Source of the DNA: a virus
Direction: 5' to 3' (one strand)
UHGV virus genome: UHGV-1607510
DNA: 19,146 bases
Positions within the stretch are counted from its first letter, which is position 1. Every line of letters begins with the position of its first letter. The notes beneath the pieces are model-generated. The model was given only the letters and a program-made list of their open reading frames with translations, made no database searches and was not told the origin of the DNA. The position numbers and the translations under genes are program-made. Below, piece by piece: positions 14,413-19,146 of this stretch.

Positions 14413-14892
14413 ATGAAAATCTGCTCAAGATGCCATCAACAGAAGGAAGAAAGGGACTTTCAAATCAGAAGAGCATCCAGAGATGGATTAACTGCCGCTT
14501 GCCGGGCTTGCCTGGCTGAATACGACAAAGAGCGCGCGGGATTGCCACATCGAGTATCAGCAAGGAGAGAATATCAATCATCGGAACGCGGCAGAGAACG
14601 GTGTAACGCAGCCAAAAAGCGGTTCATTCAGAGCAACCCATGGAAAAGAAAAGCCCACATCATCGTGGGTAATTTTTTGCGCGACGGTAAGCTAATCCGA
14701 CCACCACAATGTGAGTGCTGCGGATCAGAATGCAAACCACAGGCGCACCACTGCGACTACAGCAAACCAACCGATGTGATGTGGCTCTGCAAGTCATGTC
14801 ATGTCGAGTGGCACAAACATAACAAACCTATCTACCCAGACGAGGAGCCAGTAACTCTCCCCTTCCCTCGTCACGCTATTCACGCAATTTAA
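14413..14892 (+). CDS. Cys-rich zinc-finger protein with an HNH-like C-terminal motif
   Basis: 159-aa ORF with CxxC pairs (CSRCH, CRAC, CECCGSEC, CKSCH) and QAHHCDYSKPTDVMWLCKSCHVEWHKHN, resembling the HNH nuclease beta-beta-alpha-metal motif. Confidence 0.55.
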   Translation: MKICSRCHQQKEERDFQIRRASRDGLTAACRACLAEYDKERAGLPHRVSARREYQSSERGRERCNAAKKRFIQSNPWKRKAHIIVGNFLRDGKLIRPPQCECCGSECKPQAHHCDYSKPTDVMWLCKSCHVEWHKHNKPIYPDEEPVTLPFPRHAIHAI

Positions 14893-14900
14893 GGACTTAC

Positions 14901-15449
14901 ATGAATCACTTGATGGTTGACCTTGAAACAATGGGCAACGGGCCATACGCGCCAGTTATTTCTATTGGGGCGGTATTCTTTGACCCGAATACCGGAGAAA
15001 CAGGAGAAGAGTTCTCGGTAAATATCTCGCTTGAATCATCAATGCGATATCGAGCGCGTCCTGACGCTTCAACGATTTTATGGTGGCTGGAACAGAGTGA
15101 AGAAGCCAGGAAATCGCTAACCAGCAACACTCAGGAGCTTTCAACGGCTCTTTCATGGTTATCTGAATTCATCATAAAGAACGCTAACCACAAATTCGTT
15201 CAGGTTTGGGGGAATGGAGCATCATTTGACTGCGTTATTCTCCGCAACAGTTATTCGCTGACAGGGCAGCCAGTTCCGTGGCAGTGGTGGAATGACCGCG
15301 ACGTAAGAACAATCGTCGAACTTGGGAAGGCAATAGGATTCGACCCTAAGCGAGATATGCCATTCAAAGGAACTCGCCACAACGCTCTTGATGATGCCAT
15401 TCACCAAGCCAAATACGTTTCAGCGATCTGGAAAAAGTTAGCTAAATAA
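14901..15449 (+). CDS. DEDDh-family 3'-5' exonuclease (DnaQ-like)
   Basis: 182-aa ORF with Exo I (MVDLETMG), Exo II (WGNGASFDCVIL) and Exo III (HNALDDAIHQAKY) motifs. Confidence 0.75.
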   Translation: MNHLMVDLETMGNGPYAPVISIGAVFFDPNTGETGEEFSVNISLESSMRYRARPDASTILWWLEQSEEARKSLTSNTQELSTALSWLSEFIIKNANHKFVQVWGNGASFDCVILRNSYSLTGQPVPWQWWNDRDVRTIVELGKAIGFDPKRDMPFKGTRHNALDDAIHQAKYVSAIWKKLAK

Positions 15450-15465
15450 TCAACAGGAGAAAAAC

Positions 15466-15762
15466 ATGCCAGCGCCTCTGTATGGTGCGGATGACCCGCG
15501 CCGCTGTTCCGGCAATTCCGTATCGGAGGTGCTGGATAAATTCAGAAAAAACTACGATCGGATAATGTCGCTACCGCAGGAAACGAAAGAGGAAAAGGAA
15601 TTTCGCCACTGTATATGGCTTGCAGAGAAAGAAGAACGCGAGCGAATTTACCAGACATCAATCCGACCATTCCGCAAAGCCACATATACCCACTTCCCTG
15701 AATATATCGACCCGCGCCTGCGTAATTACCGCTCACGCTATGGCGCTATCAGTAATGACTGA
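15466..15762 (+). CDS. Hypothetical protein (98 aa)
   Basis: ATG with AGGAGA RBS. Product MPAPLYGADDPRRCSGNSVSEVLDKFRKNYDRIMSLPQETKEEKEFRHCIWLAEKEERERIYQ... Confidence 0.5.
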   Translation: MPAPLYGADDPRRCSGNSVSEVLDKFRKNYDRIMSLPQETKEEKEFRHCIWLAEKEERERIYQTSIRPFRKATYTHFPEYIDPRLRNYRSRYGAISND

Positions 15763-15772
15763 GGAATTAACA

Positions 15773-16063
15773 ATGAAAACAATGAAGCTAAACATCGACC
15801 TCGGAAAATACGTTATTACCGGAACCAAACACGATCTGATTCTTAGCGAAAGAGGAATTATCAAAGAAGGCGAGAATGCAGGGAAAGAAACACTAAGTCG
15901 TATCGGTTATTACAGCAAGTTTGAGCATCTGGTTAAAGAGTTATGCAACCGTGAAATCCTGTTATCTCAGGCGCAGACGCTACAGGATATTCAGCAGCAT
16001 ATCGAAACTTTAGGTATGTCACTTAGCATGGCTATTGACCAGTTCGTTGAGAGTAAATCATGA
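15773..16063 (+). CDS. Hypothetical protein (96 aa)
   Basis: ATG 15773 with GAGGAA RBS, 10 nt after the previous stop. Product [57 protein letters not shown]... The track ORF (15620) starts inside the previous gene in another frame. Confidence 0.5.
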   Translation: MKTMKLNIDLGKYVITGTKHDLILSERGIIKEGENAGKETLSRIGYYSKFEHLVKELCNREILLSQAQTLQDIQQHIETLGMSLSMAIDQFVESKS

Positions 16064-16224
16064 GAGGACTTGCATACAATCCCGGCATTCTTCCGGCAGA
16101 AATGATTATTCGCCAACGCGTAAAGCCAATGCCATCGAGAGAGGAATTGCTTAAGAGAAATAGTTTCGGTTCTGTTAATGACAACAAATATCTGAATGCG
16201 ATGTGGCGTAGTGGGAAGAAATGA
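16060..16224 (+). CDS. Hypothetical small protein (54 aa)
   Basis: ATG 16060 overlapping the upstream TGA, and stop overlapping the next ATG. Product [54 protein letters not shown]. Supported only by the coupling geometry. Confidence 0.35.
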   Translation: MRGLAYNPGILPAEMIIRQRVKPMPSREELLKRNSFGSVNDNKYLNAMWRSGKK

Positions 16225-16802
16225 AACAAATGTCACTAATTGAGATGGATGGATTTCTGAAAGGTAAATGCATCCCATGTGATTTAAAGGTTAACGAAAC
16301 AAACGCTGAATATCTTGTCCGTAAGTTCGGTGAACTTGAATCAAAACTAGAAACGGCGTTGCGGGAGTGTCGTTCTGCTGTAATCACGATTGATAACCTT
16401 GAGGCCAAGTGCGCGGCGCTGGCGGCAGAGAATGCGGGGCTGAATAAATTTATCGCACAGAGTTGCTACGTGTTTGATGGCGAGCAGGATGAAATATCTG
16501 ATGCGTATATCTGCGCAACAGATGGAGGGATGCCGCAAACACCAGCCACCGATGCTTTCCTGGCTGAAGTGAAGACTGAAGCACGCAAGGAGGGCGCTTA
16601 CTTTGTGGCGAACAGAATGCTGGCTGCCTGGGAAGCTGGTTTTATTGATGATACTGCGAAGAACGCCGCGGATATTGCCCGGATGATTCTTACCTCTACT
16701 GAGTTTATGGCTAATGCGCCGGAAGGCGATTTTGACCGCTCATTCTCTGATGGCGTTCTCGAAGATATCGCCGCCCAGCTTCGCAAAGGAGGCAACCAGT
16801 GA
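16221..16802 (+). CDS. Hypothetical protein (193 aa)
   Basis: [80 protein letters not shown]... with a coiled-coil-like N-terminal half. Confidence 0.55.
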   Translation: MKQMSLIEMDGFLKGKCIPCDLKVNETNAEYLVRKFGELESKLETALRECRSAVITIDNLEAKCAALAAENAGLNKFIAQSCYVFDGEQDEISDAYICATDGGMPQTPATDAFLAEVKTEARKEGAYFVANRMLAAWEAGFIDDTAKNAADIARMILTSTEFMANAPEGDFDRSFSDGVLEDIAAQLRKGGNQ

Positions 16803-17344
16803 GTGTAACGGTTGAAAAGATTGATGTGTTGTCATTCGTTATAACCGGTGCAGAGAGACTAGATCCGGTTCGAGTGATGATTGAAAACTACGAACCTGGA
16901 AAGGGAAGAATCACCATCACCTGCTACGGAAAAGCGTGGACTGCGACTTGGTTTGCTATGGGCGGTGATGATGTGCAGACGTTCATTAAGCGAGTCAGCA
17001 ACGACTATCTAATCGACAATTTCGACCCTCAACTGCGAAGCACGGTCGACGATGACAACGACGCAAATCTGCTTTTCGTGAAGTCAGAAATCATAAAGTT
17101 ACGAAGAGAGAGAGAAATCGACGCCGTACTGGCTCGCGAAATGTGGTACGAGGCGGAAAACGCCGATGACGTAAAAGAAAACTGCTGCTGTTTCGGCGTC
17201 GGTAACAAACTACTGAATCTCTTTGGTGATGATCCGTGGTATGCCAACTGGCCAACGATACCAAACCCGAAATACCAGTATCTGGAACGCGTACTTAATG
17301 CAGTGAGAGACGGTCTTAAGCAAATAGAGAAGGTGGAACCATGA
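16799..17344 (+). CDS. Hypothetical acidic protein (181 aa), probable GTG start
   Basis: GTG 16799 overlapping the upstream stop (GTGA). Product [66 protein letters not shown]... Confidence 0.5.
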   Translation: MSVTVEKIDVLSFVITGAERLDPVRVMIENYEPGKGRITITCYGKAWTATWFAMGGDDVQTFIKRVSNDYLIDNFDPQLRSTVDDDNDANLLFVKSEIIKLRREREIDAVLAREMWYEAENADDVKENCCCFGVGNKLLNLFGDDPWYANWPTIPNPKYQYLERVLNAVRDGLKQIEKVEP

Positions 17345-17640
17345 CTGTATGTCTTATTGATAAACGTCGACGTGGGCAACAAATACCATCTGTTGGAATG
17401 CCGAATCACACATGGTTTTGCGTACTTGATATCGATGGCATGGATGCGTTGGTTGACACTCGTCATTACTGCGATACCGCAACAGCTACTCCTGCAAAAG
17501 CAAAGAAAATGGCTGCTCTGATAGAAAACTGGACTCCACCTGATGGTTGGTGCAATGGGAATGATCGAGATTGGCACGAAAAAATGAAGGGCTATATCTG
17601 CGATTTTTTACGTAAATGCAACGGATTCAGGGTGATGTGA
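17341..17640 (+). CDS. Hypothetical Cys/Trp-rich protein (99 aa)
   Basis: ATGA overlap with the upstream gene. Product MTVCLIDKRRRGQQIPSVGMPNHTWFCVLDIDGMDALVDTRHYCDTATATPAKAKKMAALIENWTPPDGWCNGNDRDWHEK... Confidence 0.5.
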   Translation: MTVCLIDKRRRGQQIPSVGMPNHTWFCVLDIDGMDALVDTRHYCDTATATPAKAKKMAALIENWTPPDGWCNGNDRDWHEKMKGYICDFLRKCNGFRVM

Positions 17641-17641
17641 C

Positions 17642-18109
17642 ATGAGCGAGATTAACCATCAGGCACTGCGTGAGGCGGTGGAAAATGCAACGTGGGGAGA
17701 CTGGGACTCATATAAACCACACCGTGGCGCACGTGGTTATGAGGTCCGACTAAGTAGCCAAGCCATTGCGCAACACGTTCTGAAAAACAACGCTGAATTT
17801 ATTGCTGCCTTTAATCCAAAGGTTGCTTTGGCACTACTGGATGAACGGGAAAGGAACCAGCAATACATCAAACGCCGCGACCAGGAGAACGAGGATATTG
17901 CGCTTACGGTTGGGAAACTGCGTGTTGATCTGGAAGCCGCAGAGAAGCGGATCGCTGAACTGGAAGCACGGGAAATATCGCTCCCAGAACGTAGCAGTAT
18001 GTTTCATCGAACAGATTTTCACGAGGATTACCAAACGGTAATGGCATACAAAGTTTCTGAAGTCATCGATGCAATCCGCGCCGCTGGCATTCGCATCAAA
18101 GGAGAGTGA
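17642..18109 (+). CDS. Hypothetical protein, possibly Ead/Ea22-like family
   Basis: 155-aa ORF MSEINHQALREAVENATWGDWDSYKPHRGARGYEVRLSSQAIAQHVLKNNAEFIAAFNPKVALALLDERERNQQ... The FIAA.NP...ALLDE motif is recalled from Ea22-like prophage proteins. Confidence 0.5.
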   Translation: MSEINHQALREAVENATWGDWDSYKPHRGARGYEVRLSSQAIAQHVLKNNAEFIAAFNPKVALALLDERERNQQYIKRRDQENEDIALTVGKLRVDLEAAEKRIAELEAREISLPERSSMFHRTDFHEDYQTVMAYKVSEVIDAIRAAGIRIKGE

Positions 18110-18110
18110 G

Positions 18111-18647
18111 ATGAACGCTATCACCAAAGAACAGTTAATCGAAGACCTGAAAGCATCGACGCAGAATTCCAGCGGTATGTTTGAAATCGGCGAGGACACC
18201 ATCTGTAACTTGATGTCTATGCTCACCGCCCATCCAGCGCCGGTAGCGCCGGATGAAATGACGCCGCAGCAGGCGAGTCGGTCATATGGTGGAGAGGTTC
18301 GCGGTTATCGTGATGGCTGGAACGCCTGCCGCGTCGCCATGCTTCAGGGTAAATCCGAACAACCACAAAACGCACAACAAAATATTCCGGAAAATATTCC
18401 CGGTGGCAACTCTCCGGGAATTCCGGATGGTTGGATAAGCTGTAGTGAGCGAATGCCGAACGATAAACAGTATGTTTGGTGTTGGGGTAAATCTTACGGC
18501 TGGACGGAGTACGATACCTTCGAAGGGTATTACGATTGGTCGAGAAACAAATGGTGGGCGGTTACTGACGATGGGGAAGAACCGGCATCGAAAGTAACCC
18601 ACTGGATGCCGCTACCAGAACCGCCGCAGGAGGTTAACCGTGGCTAA
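18111..18647 (+). CDS. Hypothetical protein with DUF551-like C-terminal domain
   Basis: ATG 18111 with GGAGAG RBS; the track ORF (18069) starts inside the previous gene. The C-terminus WISCSERMPNDKQYVWCWGKSYGWTEYDTFEGYYDWSRNKWWAVTDDGEEPASKVTHWMPLPEPP matches the DUF551 signature as recalled. Confidence 0.55.
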   Translation: MNAITKEQLIEDLKASTQNSSGMFEIGEDTICNLMSMLTAHPAPVAPDEMTPQQASRSYGGEVRGYRDGWNACRVAMLQGKSEQPQNAQQNIPENIPGGNSPGIPDGWISCSERMPNDKQYVWCWGKSYGWTEYDTFEGYYDWSRNKWWAVTDDGEEPASKVTHWMPLPEPPQEVNRG

Positions 18648-18924
18648 CCTGCAACTAGCCGTTAAAGGTGAATACTTCGATGCCATCATTCGCGGAGAGA
18701 AAACGGAAGAGTATCGCCTGTGTAATGACTACTGGAATAAGCGAATTATATTCCGCGAGTATGACCGCCTGATTATCACAAAGGGATATCCGAAGCGCGA
18801 CGATTCCAGCCGTAGAATTGATGTTCCGTATGACGGATATGAAATCAAGACAATCACACATCCGCACTTCGGCGATAAACCGGTAAAGGTATTCGCGATA
18901 AAGGTGAATATCGGCAATGAATAA
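18640..18924 (+). CDS. Small ASCH/DUF3850-like protein (94 aa), GTG start
   Basis: GTG 18640 preceded by AGGAGG with a 6-nt spacer. Product MANLQLAVKGEYFDAIIRGEKTEEYRLCNDYWNKRIIFREYDRLIITKGYPKRDD... The pattern (F..I..G.KT.E.R) resembles ASCH-like domains. Confidence 0.5.
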   Translation: MANLQLAVKGEYFDAIIRGEKTEEYRLCNDYWNKRIIFREYDRLIITKGYPKRDDSSRRIDVPYDGYEIKTITHPHFGDKPVKVFAIKVNIGNE

Positions 18925-18961
18925 CAATCCTCGCACTCGCGGGGATTTCTTTTATCTGAGC

Positions 18962-18989
18962 TCGCTACGGCGAGTTTTGTTTTATGGAG
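18962..18989 (+). terminator. Possible weak intrinsic terminator
   Basis: CTCGC-TACG-GCGAG followed by TTTTGTTTTATGG. The stem is short (5 bp). Confidence 0.35.
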
Positions 18990-18996
18990 ACAAGAA

Positions 18997-19146
18997 ATGT
19001 CAGATTTGGCTATGAAGGTTTTGAAATGGCAATCGACTGGCGATGTTGGCATCAGTAGCGCAACTCTTGCCTCAATCGCATGTGGACTGAAAAAGAATAT
19101 CTATGGTCATCACTTCGGCGCTCCACATGACGCAGCCGATTTCCGA
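18997..19146 (+). CDS. Hypothetical protein, 5' part only (runs off the window end)
   Basis: ATG 18997 with GGAGA RBS. Product MSDLAMKVLKWQSTGDVGISSATLASIACGLKKNIYGHHFGAPHDAADFR... with no stop before the window ends. Confidence 0.4.
   Translation, partial: MSDLAMKVLKWQSTGDVGISSATLASIACGLKKNIYGHHFGAPHDAADFR

Noticed and set aside
17029-17577. Minus-strand ORF 17029-17577 (182 aa)
   Set aside because: It is antisense to two tightly coupled plus-strand genes in a uniformly plus-strand operon, with a Ser/Cys-rich biased composition and no RBS.
17834-18226. Minus-strand ORF 17834-18226 (130 aa) and plus-strand alternate-frame ORF 17802-18041
   Set aside because: Same reasoning: they overlap the Ea22-like and DUF551-like genes, which have RBSs and coupled stops.
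18282-19052. Minus-strand ORFs 18282-18602, 18655-18936 and 18729-19052
   Set aside because: They are antisense to the DUF551-like and ASCH-like genes and to the start of the last partial ORF; no independent support.

Overview
This window is an internal ~19 kb segment of a lambdoid prophage or phage (enterobacterial type), with the canonical lambda map inverted. Everything here was read by eye and by recall of lambda/P22 protein families; no database search was run. From 1 to ~8430 on the minus strand: lysis genes (Rz/Rz1 partial, R endolysin, S holin), a compact pR'-tR' late leader, Q antiterminator, a nin region (ninI, ninH, ninG, ninF, an extra 117-aa ORF, ninE, ninB), three small ORFs, a tR2-like terminator, a DnaB-type replicative helicase, an O-like initiator with embedded ori iterons, cII and cro. 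Then the immunity switch (OR/PR/PRM) and, on the plus strand, cI, a small 3-TM membrane protein, OL/PL, nutL, an N-like antiterminator and a long early-left operon (cIII, kil-like, a Rad52/Erf-type annealing protein, SSB, an HNH-like protein, a DEDDh exonuclease and a chain of small coupled ORFs). The late and nin genes look almost identical to lambda, whereas the operators (AATAC-N5-GTATT), the replication module and the N/recombination module are not lambda-type, so the element is mosaic. I found no single clear-cut novel system; the best candidates for undescribed accessory functions are the 3-TM protein downstream of cI and the AT-rich gene pairs just downstream of N.
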